This document shows, piece by piece, positions 18,567 through 27,365 of a stretch of 64,000 nucleotides of DNA. The first letter of the stretch is position 1. Each line of letters opens with the position of its first letter. A program made the translations under genes and the position numbers. The notes under the pieces were generated by a model. It saw only the letters and a program-made list of their open reading frames with translations, ran no database searches and was not told where the DNA came from. The DNA is taken from contig JAVKFY010000056.1 in assembly GCA_040223615.1 (NCBI GenBank), forward strand, positions 2,788 through 66,787, given 5' to 3'. Source of the DNA: Alphaproteobacteria bacterium (lineage in GTDB: Bacteria; Pseudomonadota; Alphaproteobacteria; GCA-2731375).

Positions 18567-19487
18567 ATGGCGATCCTGTTCCAATGCCCCTGGACCAATG
18601 CCGACGCGTGGCTGGCCGCGCTTCGGGCCGAGTTGCCGGATGTCGAGTTCCGGGTCTGGCCGCAAACAGGCGGAAACGATGATATCGACTTCGCCTACGT
18701 ATTCCAGCCGCCAGCCGGCGCGCTGGCCGATCTGCCCCATCTCCGGGGCATCGCCTCGATGGGCGCCGGCGTCGACGCCATGATCGCCGACCCGACGATC
18801 CCGGCCGACGTGCCGCTGTCGCGGCTGACCGACCCGATCCTGGCCGAGCGCATGGCCGAGTACGTTGCCGGCCAGGTGTTGAACTTTCATCTCGGGTTGC
18901 CGGCCTATCGGCGGCAGCAGGCGGAGAAGGTCTGGCAACGACTGCCACAGACCGACGCGCCGGCGCGGGTCGTCGGTTTTCTGGGCCTGGGCAACCTCGC
19001 GCGGCGGTGTATCGAGCGGCTGCGGCCGTTCGGGTTCCGGCTCGTGGGCTGGAGCCGCTCCGGAACACCGGTCGACGGCGTCGAGGTCACGACCGATCTC
19101 GCCACGGTCCTGCGACAGGCGGAAATCCTGGTGCTGCTGGTGCCGGTCACCGACGAGACCCGCGGCTTGCTGTCGGCGACACGGCTGGCGCTGCTGCCGC
19201 GCGGGGCCTGCCTGATCAACGTCGGCCGCGGCGCGCTGATCGACGACAAAGCGCTGCTCGCGGCGCTCGATTCAGGTCACCTGGCCGGTGCCGCGCTGGA
19301 CGTGTTCAACCCGGAGCCGCCACCGCCAGAGCATCGCTACTGGACGCACCCGCTGGTCGAGGTCACGCCGCACATCTCCAGCCTGTCTGAAGTCAGCAGC
19401 GGCGCCCGCATCCTCGCCGCACAGTACCGCCGCGTGCAGGCCGGCGAGCCGATGACCGACCTGGTGGATCGGCAAAGGGGCTACTGA
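18567..19487 (+). CDS. D-isomer-specific 2-hydroxyacid dehydrogenase (glyoxylate/hydroxypyruvate reductase A-like)
   Basis: 306 aa from MAILFQ. NAD-binding motif 'VGFLGLGNLARR', 'NVGRGALID' and catalytic His context 'VTPHIS' are present. Confidence 0.85.
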   Translation: MAILFQCPWTNADAWLAALRAELPDVEFRVWPQTGGNDDIDFAYVFQPPAGALADLPHLRGIASMGAGVDAMIADPTIPADVPLSRLTDPILAERMAEYVAGQVLNFHLGLPAYRRQQAEKVWQRLPQTDAPARVVGFLGLGNLARRCIERLRPFGFRLVGWSRSGTPVDGVEVTTDLATVLRQAEILVLLVPVTDETRGLLSATRLALLPRGACLINVGRGALIDDKALLAALDSGHLAGAALDVFNPEPPPPEHRYWTHPLVEVTPHISSLSEVSSGARILAAQYRRVQAGEPMTDLVDRQRGY

Positions 19488-19541
19488 CCGATCGCCCTTC
19501 CGCGCTACGCTATGGTCAACCAGGCATGAGGGGGACATGGG

Positions 19542-20525
19542 ATGCGCGCGCGCAAGCTGGGGAGCGGCGGCCTGGAGGTACCGGTCATCGGGCTCGGCTG
19601 CATGCCGATGCCGGGCTTCTATTCGCCCGGCAGCGAGGCGGACGCGATCGCCACGCTGCATCGCGCCGCCGAGATCGGCGTCACCCACCTCGATACGTCG
19701 GACCTCTACGGTTTCGGCAAGAACGAGGAACTGCTCGCCAAGGCGATCAAGGGCAAGCGCGATCGCTACGTCATCGCCTCGAAGTTCGGCAACCGGCGCG
19801 ACGCCGACGGCAAGGGCTTCGTCGACGGCCGGCCTGAGTGGGTGCAGGAGGCCTGCGAAGCGAGCCTGAAGCGGCTCGGCATCGACGTGATCGACCTCTA
19901 CTACCAGCATCGGGTCGACCCGGACACGCCGATCGAGGACACCGTCGGCGCGATGGCGCGGCTGGTCGAGCAGGGCAAGGTGCGCCACCTGGGCCTGTCG
20001 GAGGCGGCGCCCGACACCATCCGGCGCGGCCACGCCACGCACGCGATCTCGGCGCTGCAGACCGAACTTTCCCTGTGGTCACGCGACGCGGAGGAACACG
20101 TCCTGCCGCTGACCGGGGAGCTCGGGATCGGCTTCGTCGCCTATTCGCCGCTCGGGCGCGGCATCTTCGGCGGCGATATCAAAAGTGCCGACGACCTGAA
20201 GGACGGCGACCGGCGGCGCGACCATCCGCGCTTCCAGGGCGACAACCTGGCCAACAACCTGAGGCTGCTGGAACCGGTGCGGACGATCGCCAAGAAGCGC
20301 GGCGCGAAACCGGCGCAGATCGCGCTCGCCTGGGTGCTGGCGCAGGGCGACAATATCGTCGCCATCCCCGGCACACAGCGGGTCGAGCACCTGGAATCGA
20401 ACGCCGCGGCCGCCGACATCGGCCTTACCGATCAGGAACTGGCGGTGCTGAACGAAGCCCTGCCCGCCGGCGCCGCCGCCGGCACCCGCTACCCGGAAGC
20501 GCAAATGCGGGCGCTGCACCGGTAG
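19542..20525 (+). CDS. aldo/keto reductase
   Basis: 327 aa. 'LGCMPM...THLDTSDLYGFGKNEELL' and 'IDLYYQHRVD' are AKR signatures. Confidence 0.9.
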   Translation: MRARKLGSGGLEVPVIGLGCMPMPGFYSPGSEADAIATLHRAAEIGVTHLDTSDLYGFGKNEELLAKAIKGKRDRYVIASKFGNRRDADGKGFVDGRPEWVQEACEASLKRLGIDVIDLYYQHRVDPDTPIEDTVGAMARLVEQGKVRHLGLSEAAPDTIRRGHATHAISALQTELSLWSRDAEEHVLPLTGELGIGFVAYSPLGRGIFGGDIKSADDLKDGDRRRDHPRFQGDNLANNLRLLEPVRTIAKKRGAKPAQIALAWVLAQGDNIVAIPGTQRVEHLESNAAAADIGLTDQELAVLNEALPAGAAAGTRYPEAQMRALHR

Positions 20526-20540
20526 GCCAGATCGGAGACC

Positions 20541-20741
20541 TCACTCTGCGAGTTCGAAGTCGACCTTGCGGGTTTCAGTAACACGCTTCGAGGCGTCGAG
20601 TATCTCAAGCGATACCAGATTGCCGTCGCCGTCGTAGTCGAGAATGACGCCTGGCTTATCCTCATCGCTCTCCGCAACGCGAGCATCCTCCTTCAAGACG
20701 ATGCTCAGCGTATCGGTCCTTGGATCGTAGGCGGCCTTCAT
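20541..20741 (-). CDS. DUF2283-domain protein (putative antitoxin-like partner)
   Basis: 66 aa from MKAAYDP. 'YDPRTDTLSIVL...ILDYDGDGNLVSLEILDAS' matches the DUF2283 pattern. The ATG overlaps the upstream gene's stop (ATGA). Confidence 0.75.
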   Translation of the reverse strand: MKAAYDPRTDTLSIVLKEDARVAESDEDKPGVILDYDGDGNLVSLEILDASKRVTETRKVDFELAE

Positions 20742-21013
20742 CGGTGTGGCCTCCAATATTTTGCAACGTTGCTCATGCAATAGACGGTCACGACCTCTGC
20801 CGGCATTCTATCAACATCGACGAACACACGAACGAGGTATTCCCTTTCGCCGAAGGCAACGCGTGCCTGCAAGACATCCCGCCCCGGACGAACGGTCTCG
20901 CGCTGTCCTGGTGCCGACAGCACGATTTGCACCGTCGCCAGGTCGATTCCACGCCGGGCCATCTCCTGTTCGGCATGAGGCGTTATCCTGTAGTTGCGAA
21001 TGGCCTCTACCAT
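20738..21013 (-). CDS. DUF4258-domain protein (putative toxin-like partner)
   Basis: 91 aa from MVEAIRNY, the last 91 residues of the otherwise antisense track ORF 20738..22657. 'ITPHAEQEMARRGI' matches the DUF4258 N-terminal pattern. Lower GC than the flanks. Confidence 0.7.
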   Translation of the reverse strand: MVEAIRNYRITPHAEQEMARRGIDLATVQIVLSAPGQRETVRPGRDVLQARVAFGEREYLVRVFVDVDRMPAEVVTVYCMSNVAKYWRPHR

Positions 21014-21060
21014 GCCAGCAGATTTTTCCTGAACCCGCTTCAACAGTAGAGCACAAAACC

Positions 21061-21276
21061 ATGCCCGTACCCGAACCCGACCTGATCGCCCGCCTGGCCA
21101 AGGATTGGTACGGCTTGGAGCTCGACACTGCGGACGCCGAGGGGCTGGCGGCGGCGCTGGCGCCGGTGGAGGCGGTGATGCGGCTGGAGACCAACAAGCT
21201 CGGCTTCGACGACATGAACCTGGCGCGGTTCGCCGCCAGCCTGGAGCGGCTCGCCCGGGAACCGGCCGATGACTGA
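21061..21276 (+). CDS. small acidic protein translationally coupled to the amidase (GatC/AtzG-like small-subunit candidate)
   Basis: 71 aa from MPVPEPD. Its end overlaps the amidase ATG by 8 nt. I recognise no enzymatic motif. The call rests on position and size. Confidence 0.55.
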   Translation: MPVPEPDLIARLAKDWYGLELDTADAEGLAAALAPVEAVMRLETNKLGFDDMNLARFAASLERLAREPADD

Positions 21277-22681
21277 GTGGCTGGACGGATCGCTCGCCGA
21301 CGCGGCCGATGCGGTGGCGCGGGGCGAGGTATCGGCCGAGGAGCTGACGCGCGCCGCCATCGCACGGGCGGAAAGCCTGCAACCGACGCTCAACACCTTC
21401 ATCAGCCTGCGCGCCGAGCAGGCGATCGACCAGGCGCGCGGGGTCGATGCGGCCCGCGCCAAGGGTGCGACGTTGACCCCGCTGACCGGCGTGCCGCTGG
21501 CGCACAAGGACATGTACTACCGCGCCGGCGAGGTCTCGACCTGCGGCGCGGACTTCCTGAAGCAGACAGCGCAGGACGACACGGCGGCGGCATTGCAACG
21601 CCTCGACATGGCCGGCGCGATCGACCTGGGGGGACTGAACCAGACCGAGTTCGCGGTCGGCCCGCTCGGCCACAACGTGCATCACGGCCACATCCACAAT
21701 CCGTGGAACCCGGACCACTGCCCCGGCGGCTCGTCCAGCGGATCGGGCGCGGCGACGGCGGCCGGCATCGTGTTCGGCGCGCTCGGCTCCGACACCGGCG
21801 GCTCGGTGCGGCTGCCGGCTGCCTTTTGCGGCGTGGTCGGCATGAAGCCGACGCTGGGCCGGGTCTCGCGGCACGCGATGATGCCGCTGTCGCATTCGTT
21901 CGATTGCGCCGGACCGCTGACCCGGACGGTGCGCGACAATGCCCGCATGCTGGCCGCGATCGCCGGCCATGACCCGCGCGACGCCGCCGCGTCGTCGCGC
22001 CCGGTCGACGACTACGAAGCCGCCTGCGGCCGGACGGTGAAGGGCGTGCGGATCGGCATCCCGGACAAGTTCTTCCTCGCCGACCTCGACCCTGAGCTGG
22101 AGAAGGCGCTGGGCCAGGCGCAGGACGTGCTGCGCGAAGCCGGCGCCATGCTGGTGCCGGTCACGATCCCCGATCCGGCGCCGGACAACCTGGTCTGGAA
22201 CGTGATCATGGCCGCCGAGGCTGCCACCTTGCACAAACGTTGGCTGACCGCGCAGCCGGAGCGCTACGCCGAGCAGGTGCGCCGGCGGCTGTCGGTCGGG
22301 CTGTACCTGCCGGCGACGCGCTACCTGGAGGCAACGGCGTTGCGCGACAAGGCGCTGAACCGGTTCGCCAGGCTGGTCTTCGGTCAATGCGACATGCTGT
22401 TCGGTGCCACGGTACCGTTCGCGGCGCCTGGCCTGGCGGAGACCGATATCGGCGCCGACGCGGCGATGCCGGAATTGATCCTGCGGGTCTCCAGCCTGAC
22501 CCGGCCGGCCAACTTCCTCGGCCTGCCGGCGATCTCGGTGCCCTGCGGCTTCAACCAGGCAGGCCTGCCGCTCGCCATGCAGTTGATCGGGCAGCCATTC
22601 GACGAGGCCGGCCTGTACGCCGTCGCGCATGCCTACGAGCAGGCGACGGCTTGGCACCGCCGGCGGCCGTCACTCTCGTAG
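21269..22681 (+). CDS. amidase-signature (AS) family amidohydrolase (GatA/AtzE-like)
   Basis: 470 aa with the AS signature 'GGSSSGSGAATAAGIVFGALGSDTGGSVRLPAAFCG' and catalytic Lys context 'PLAHKD'. Confidence 0.92.
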   Translation: MTEWLDGSLADAADAVARGEVSAEELTRAAIARAESLQPTLNTFISLRAEQAIDQARGVDAARAKGATLTPLTGVPLAHKDMYYRAGEVSTCGADFLKQTAQDDTAAALQRLDMAGAIDLGGLNQTEFAVGPLGHNVHHGHIHNPWNPDHCPGGSSSGSGAATAAGIVFGALGSDTGGSVRLPAAFCGVVGMKPTLGRVSRHAMMPLSHSFDCAGPLTRTVRDNARMLAAIAGHDPRDAAASSRPVDDYEAACGRTVKGVRIGIPDKFFLADLDPELEKALGQAQDVLREAGAMLVPVTIPDPAPDNLVWNVIMAAEAATLHKRWLTAQPERYAEQVRRRLSVGLYLPATRYLEATALRDKALNRFARLVFGQCDMLFGATVPFAAPGLAETDIGADAAMPELILRVSSLTRPANFLGLPAISVPCGFNQAGLPLAMQLIGQPFDEAGLYAVAHAYEQATAWHRRRPSLS

Positions 22682-22693
22682 GCGGATAGGTTC

Positions 22694-23506
22694 CTAGGCG
22701 GACTTGGCCAACCGCTCGACGCTGGCGTAGCGGTCGGCGAGGCGCGACATCGCGCCGACCGCCTCGCGCAAGCCGTCGCTCGCCGTCGCGTCGCCCGCGT
22801 CATTGGCCGGTTCGAGGCGGTTTAGCGCGGTGACGAGCGCCTCAACGCGCTGGCCAAGTTCGGCGGTAATCTCGCACAGGGCCTGGCGCGCCGGACCGGG
22901 CGCGTTGGCTAACGCCTTCACCGGATCGAAGGCGCCCTGGCGGCCCAGCCGGCGCACTTCCTCCGCGACCTGTCGGCGGACCTGGCCCAGCGCGCTGACG
23001 TCGGTGACGACGTGGACGCGGCCGCCCTTGTCGGTATTGCCGATGGACAGGCACAGCCAGCCGTTGCCGCGACCGCGTTGCAGGGCCGGTCCGGCGCCAC
23101 GGCGGTGCGCGTGCAGGCTTTCCTCGATCCAGGTCGCTTCGCGGCCGACCGCGTCGGCGGCGTCACCGCGATAGGCAATGGTCTGCAGCAGCACCGACAG
23201 CGGCGCCGCCGGCGGCAAATCGTCCAGGGCGACGCCGAACAGTTCGGCATAGCGTGTGGTCGCGAGTACCAAACGCTCGTGCGCGTCGAAGATGGCGATG
23301 CCGGCGCCGGTATCGCGGAAGACCTCGTCGACGGTGGCGGCCTCGACGACCGCACTCCGCGCATCGCGCGGCGCAACGCCACGTCGGCGCCGGCACACCA
23401 GCGCCAGCACGATCAGCGGCCCCAGCACCCCGAGAAGCACCGCAGCCAGGAAGAAGACGTCGCGGGTCAACACCGGTCCCTTTGCGGCGCGCGGACGGAA
23501 AGGCAC
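22694..23506 (-). CDS. membrane-anchored PAS-domain protein without recognisable output domain
   Basis: 270 aa. N-terminal TM helix 'VFFLAAVLLGVLGPLIVLALV' is followed by a PAS-like core ('GIAIFDAHERLVLATTRYAELFGV...GWLCLSIGNTDKGGRVHVVTDVS') and a helical tail. No H-box, HATPase, GGDEF or MCP motif is seen. Confidence 0.65.
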   Translation of the reverse strand: MPFRPRAAKGPVLTRDVFFLAAVLLGVLGPLIVLALVCRRRRGVAPRDARSAVVEAATVDEVFRDTGAGIAIFDAHERLVLATTRYAELFGVALDDLPPAAPLSVLLQTIAYRGDAADAVGREATWIEESLHAHRRGAGPALQRGRGNGWLCLSIGNTDKGGRVHVVTDVSALGQVRRQVAEEVRRLGRQGAFDPVKALANAPGPARQALCEITAELGQRVEALVTALNRLEPANDAGDATASDGLREAVGAMSRLADRYASVERLAKSA

Positions 23507-23559
23507 ATGTCAGGGCGCATGCGGTTAACAAATCGCTAAGTCTCGGCTACACCGTTGGC

Positions 23560-24363
23560 ATGAACACAGGCCGCACCATCGATCATTTCGTCGTCACCGT
23601 GCCCGACCTGGACCGCGCCGCCGCGGCTTTCGAGGCACTCGGATTCACCCTGACGCCACGGGCGCAACACCCCTGGGGGACCGCCAACCGCCTGGCGCAG
23701 TTCACCGGCGGCAACTTCATCGAGCTGCTGGAGATCGACCGGCCGGCGCTGATCGACGCGGAGCAGCGCGACTACGATTTCGGCGGCTTCACCAAGGACT
23801 TCCTGAGCCGGGGTCTGGGGCCGTCGATGCTGGTGCTGGCGACCGAGGACGCGGAAGCCGACACCAAGCGCTACGCGGCGGCCGGGATCGCCAGCTACGC
23901 GCGCTTCGATTTCGAGCGCACCGGACGCCTGCCCGACGGCTCGGAAGCCAAGATGGCCTTCTCCATCGCGCACACCGCCGACCCGGCGATGCCGTCGGCC
24001 GGCTTCTTCACCTGCCAGAACCGTTATCCGGAGAACTTCTGGAAGCCGGAATTCCAGGTCCATGGCAACGGTGCGCAGGAGATCGTGGCGGTGTACCTGG
24101 CCGCCGCCGACCCGGCCGCGCACGGCGAGTTCCTGTCCGGCTTCAGCGACGGCACCGTCAGCGAGACCGCCGACGGCATCGACGTGAGCTGCGGCACGCA
24201 TGCCGTGCATGTGCTGACGCCCGAGGCCGCCGCCAAGCTCGGCGCCGCGCCCGACCTCAGCCACGGGCCGCGTTTCATCGGCGCGGCGATCGTGTCCGAC
24301 AATCCGCCGACGAAGCGCAGCCTGCCGGACGCTTCGCACGGCATGCTGATCGTCTGGCGATAA
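23560..24363 (+). CDS. VOC-superfamily protein (glyoxalase-like domain)
   Basis: 267 aa from MNTGRT (residue 103 of the track ORF). 'IDHFVVTVPDLDRAAAAFEALGFTLTPRAQH' is a typical glyoxalase-like N-terminal beta-alpha-beta module. Confidence 0.75.
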   Translation: MNTGRTIDHFVVTVPDLDRAAAAFEALGFTLTPRAQHPWGTANRLAQFTGGNFIELLEIDRPALIDAEQRDYDFGGFTKDFLSRGLGPSMLVLATEDAEADTKRYAAAGIASYARFDFERTGRLPDGSEAKMAFSIAHTADPAMPSAGFFTCQNRYPENFWKPEFQVHGNGAQEIVAVYLAAADPAAHGEFLSGFSDGTVSETADGIDVSCGTHAVHVLTPEAAAKLGAAPDLSHGPRFIGAAIVSDNPPTKRSLPDASHGMLIVWR

Positions 24364-24397
24364 CCCGACCGAGCGGCAGAGCAGGACACGAGCCAAG

Positions 24398-26353
24398 ATG
24401 AGTGCGAACGACATCGTGTGGACGCCGCCGGACGAGATGGTGGCGAACAGCAACCTGCAACGGTTCTTCGACCGTCATGGGCTGGCCGACTACGATGCGC
24501 TGCTGGCCAAGGCTGACGCCGATCCGGACTGGTTCTGGAACGCGGCCATCGGGTTTCTCGATATTCGCTTCTTCAAGCCCTACGACAAGGTTCGCGATCT
24601 TTTCGACGGACCGGCTTGGGCCAAGTGGTGCGTCGGCGGGACCACCAACCTGGCGCTGAACTGCCTCGACAAGCACCGCGACACGCCGACCGAGCACAAG
24701 ACCGCCATCGTGTGGGAAGCCGAGGACGGCCACGCCCGCGAGATGACCTATGCCGAGCTGGACGCGGAGAGCTGCCGGCTGGCAGCGGCCCTCGCCGAGC
24801 TGGGCGTGACGTCCGGCGATCCGGTCGGCATGTACCTGCCGATGCTGCCGGAGGCGGCCGCCGCCTTCTATGCGATCGCGCGGATCGGCGGCGTGGTGGT
24901 GCCGCTGTTCTCCGGCTTCGGCGCGGAATCGATCGCCAGCCGCCTGGCCGACGCCGGCGCGGTCGCGGTGGTCTGCGCCGACGGCACCATGCGCCGGGGC
25001 CAGCCGGTGGCGATGAAGGCGATCATGGACGAGGCCCTGGCCAGCGTGCCGACGGTGAAGCACGTGATCGTCGCCAAGCGCGCCGGGCTCGACGTGCCGA
25101 TGACCGCCGGGCGCGACCACGACTGGGACGAGCTGCTGGCCGGCAAGCCGGCGCGCTTCGCGACCGCGCAAGTGCCGGCGGAACACCCGCTGCTGCTGGT
25201 CTACACCTCGGGCACCACCGGGCGGCCGAAGGGCACCGTTGTCACCCATATCGGCGTCACCACCAAGATGGGCGTCGACTTCTGCCTGGCGCTGGACCTG
25301 AAGCCGGACGACCGGCTGCTGTGGATGACCGATTTCGGCTGGGTCGTCGGGCCGATGACGGTGACCGCCACGGCCTTCGTCGGCGGCACCATCGTGCTGA
25401 CCGAGGGCACGCCGGACTATCCGCAGAAGGGCCGCTTCTGGCGCCTGATCCAGGACTACAAGGTCTCCTTCGTCGGCATGGCGCCGACCGCGGTGCGCAG
25501 CCTGATGCGCCACGGCGTGGCCGAAGTTCAGAAATACGACCTGTCGACCGTGCGGGTTTCCGCCTCGACCGGCGAGCCGTGGACCGACGAGGCCTGGAAC
25601 TGGTTCTTCGAGCATGTCTGCGGCAAGCGCGCGCCGCTGCTGAACTGGTCCGGCGGCACCGAGATCGGCGGCGGCATCCTGTGCGGCACCGTGATCCATC
25701 CGCTGAAGCCCTGCGCCTTCGCCCGCGCGCTGCCCGGCATGGGCGCCGACATCGTCGACGACCACGGCGAGCCGGTCGGCCCCGGCCAGGTCGGCGAACT
25801 GGTGCTGCGCACGCCGTCGATCGGCCTGACCAAGGGGCTGTGGAAGGACCCGGACCGCTACCTGGAGACCTACTGGGAGATGTTCGCGGGGATGTGGCGG
25901 CACGGCGACTGGGCCAGCCGCGACAGCGATGGCATGTGGTACGTGCACGGCCGGTCCGACGACACCATCAAGATCGCCGGCAAGCGCACCGGCCCGGCCG
26001 AGATCGAGGGCCAGCTGATGGCCACCGGCAAGGTGCTGGAGGCCGCCGCCGTCGGCGTGCCGGATCCGATCAGCGGCGAGGCGCTGCTGTGCGTGTGCGT
26101 GCCGGCGCCGGGCATCACGCCGAGCGACGAACTGGCGGAGGAACTGCGCGAGGCGGTAGCGCACGGCTTCGGCCGGCCGTTCAAGCCCAAGCGGCTGGTG
26201 TTCGCCGACGACCTGCCAAAGACCCGCAACCTGAAGATCATGCGCCGCGTGGTCCGCGCCGTCGCCACCGGCAGCCCGCCCGGCGACCTCACGGCTCTGG
26301 TCAACCCGGAGGCGGTCGAGGCGCTGGAGCCGATCATCGGCCCGGGCGGCTAA
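24398..26353 (+). CDS. acetyl-CoA synthetase-like AMP-forming acyl-CoA ligase
   Basis: 651 aa. ACS-type N-terminal extension is present, with 'LLLVYTSGTTGRPKGTV' and the C-terminal 'IKIAGKRTGPAEIE'. Confidence 0.88.
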   Translation: MSANDIVWTPPDEMVANSNLQRFFDRHGLADYDALLAKADADPDWFWNAAIGFLDIRFFKPYDKVRDLFDGPAWAKWCVGGTTNLALNCLDKHRDTPTEHKTAIVWEAEDGHAREMTYAELDAESCRLAAALAELGVTSGDPVGMYLPMLPEAAAAFYAIARIGGVVVPLFSGFGAESIASRLADAGAVAVVCADGTMRRGQPVAMKAIMDEALASVPTVKHVIVAKRAGLDVPMTAGRDHDWDELLAGKPARFATAQVPAEHPLLLVYTSGTTGRPKGTVVTHIGVTTKMGVDFCLALDLKPDDRLLWMTDFGWVVGPMTVTATAFVGGTIVLTEGTPDYPQKGRFWRLIQDYKVSFVGMAPTAVRSLMRHGVAEVQKYDLSTVRVSASTGEPWTDEAWNWFFEHVCGKRAPLLNWSGGTEIGGGILCGTVIHPLKPCAFARALPGMGADIVDDHGEPVGPGQVGELVLRTPSIGLTKGLWKDPDRYLETYWEMFAGMWRHGDWASRDSDGMWYVHGRSDDTIKIAGKRTGPAEIEGQLMATGKVLEAAAVGVPDPISGEALLCVCVPAPGITPSDELAEELREAVAHGFGRPFKPKRLVFADDLPKTRNLKIMRRVVRAVATGSPPGDLTALVNPEAVEALEPIIGPGG

Positions 26354-26355
26354 CC

Positions 26356-26508
26356 ATGACCGGCGAGCCGCCCCGCGGCCTCGACGACATCCTGGCGCGG
26401 CTGGCGGCGGCGGACTGGCCGATCCACACCGGCGCGCGCGAGGTCTTTGTCCAGGACCCCGACGGCTACCTGATCATGATGTCACAGGCATTGGGCGAGC
26501 GTCGCTGA
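26356..26508 (+). pseudogene. 50-codon remnant resembling the C-terminal strands of a VOC/glyoxalase domain
   Basis: 'REVFVQDPDGYLIMM' resembles the last beta-strands of glyoxalase-fold proteins. It is too short to be a full domain. It starts 3 nt after the ligase stop. Confidence 0.3.
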
Positions 26509-26524
26509 GCGCACGCTGGCGGCC

Positions 26525-27361
26525 TCACCCCTCCCGGAACCGCTTGCCCTCGCCGCCTTCGGCGCCTTCGTAGAGGACGCGGGCCTTGATGTCGGCGTCG
26601 GCGGCGCAGTCGGCGAAGTCGTCGTCGTGCAGGAAGCCCTTGGGCGGGCCGGCGAGCTTGAAGTGATCGAAACGGTCCTCGCCGGCGACCAGGGTGACCA
26701 GCGAGCGGTCGCCGGTGCGCTGTCGCATAGATGGCTTGATGTAGCGGATGGCGACGCCGATGCGGCGGTCGTCGGTGCGGTTCGGGCCCGAGGCGTGGAA
26801 CAGGTGGCCATGGTGCAGCGAGGCCTGGCCGGTTTGCAGCACCACGTCAACGCCGTCGCTGTCGTCGACCTCGACGGCGATCTCCTGGCCGCGAGTCAGC
26901 AGGTTGTTCGCTGCGAAGGTGTCGCGGTGCGGCATTAGATGCTTCTTGTGGCTGCCGGGCACGAAGCGCATACAGCCGCTCGCCAGGTTGGAGGGCGACA
27001 GCGCGACCCAGGCGGTGACCTCGTCGACCTCGTCCAGACCCCAGTAGGTCAGGTCCTGGTGCCAGCTCACGATATGCGGGCTGCTCGCCTCCTTGATGAA
27101 CAGCCCGGCGTTCCAGACCATCAGATCGGGGCCAAGCACCTCGGCGGCCGCGCCGACCAGCTTGCGGTTGCGTACCAGCCGGTCGAAGGCCGGCATCAGC
27201 CGGTTGGTATAGGCACGCAACAGGCCGAGCCGCTTGGGATCACCGTCGAGGTCCGCCTCGCCGCGTTCCAGCTCGGCGCGGATGGCTTTCGCCTCGGATT
27301 CGTTAATCGCGTCGATCGGGAAGACGAAGCCGTCGCGGTCATAGGTCTCGGCGATGCTCAT
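26525..27361 (-). CDS. phytanoyl-CoA dioxygenase (PhyH) family Fe(II)/2-oxoglutarate oxygenase
   Basis: 278 aa from MSIAETY. HxD context 'SWHQDLTYW' and distal His region 'LHHGHLFHASGPN' are present. Confidence 0.85.
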   Translation of the reverse strand: MSIAETYDRDGFVFPIDAINESEAKAIRAELERGEADLDGDPKRLGLLRAYTNRLMPAFDRLVRNRKLVGAAAEVLGPDLMVWNAGLFIKEASSPHIVSWHQDLTYWGLDEVDEVTAWVALSPSNLASGCMRFVPGSHKKHLMPHRDTFAANNLLTRGQEIAVEVDDSDGVDVVLQTGQASLHHGHLFHASGPNRTDDRRIGVAIRYIKPSMRQRTGDRSLVTLVAGEDRFDHFKLAGPPKGFLHDDDFADCAADADIKARVLYEGAEGGEGKRFREG

Positions 27362-27365
27362 GCGG

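Noticed and set aside
21014-22657. 639-aa minus-strand ORF 20738..22657
   Set aside because: Only its last 91 codons (the DUF4258 gene) look real. The remainder is antisense to the amidase and the small coupled ORF.
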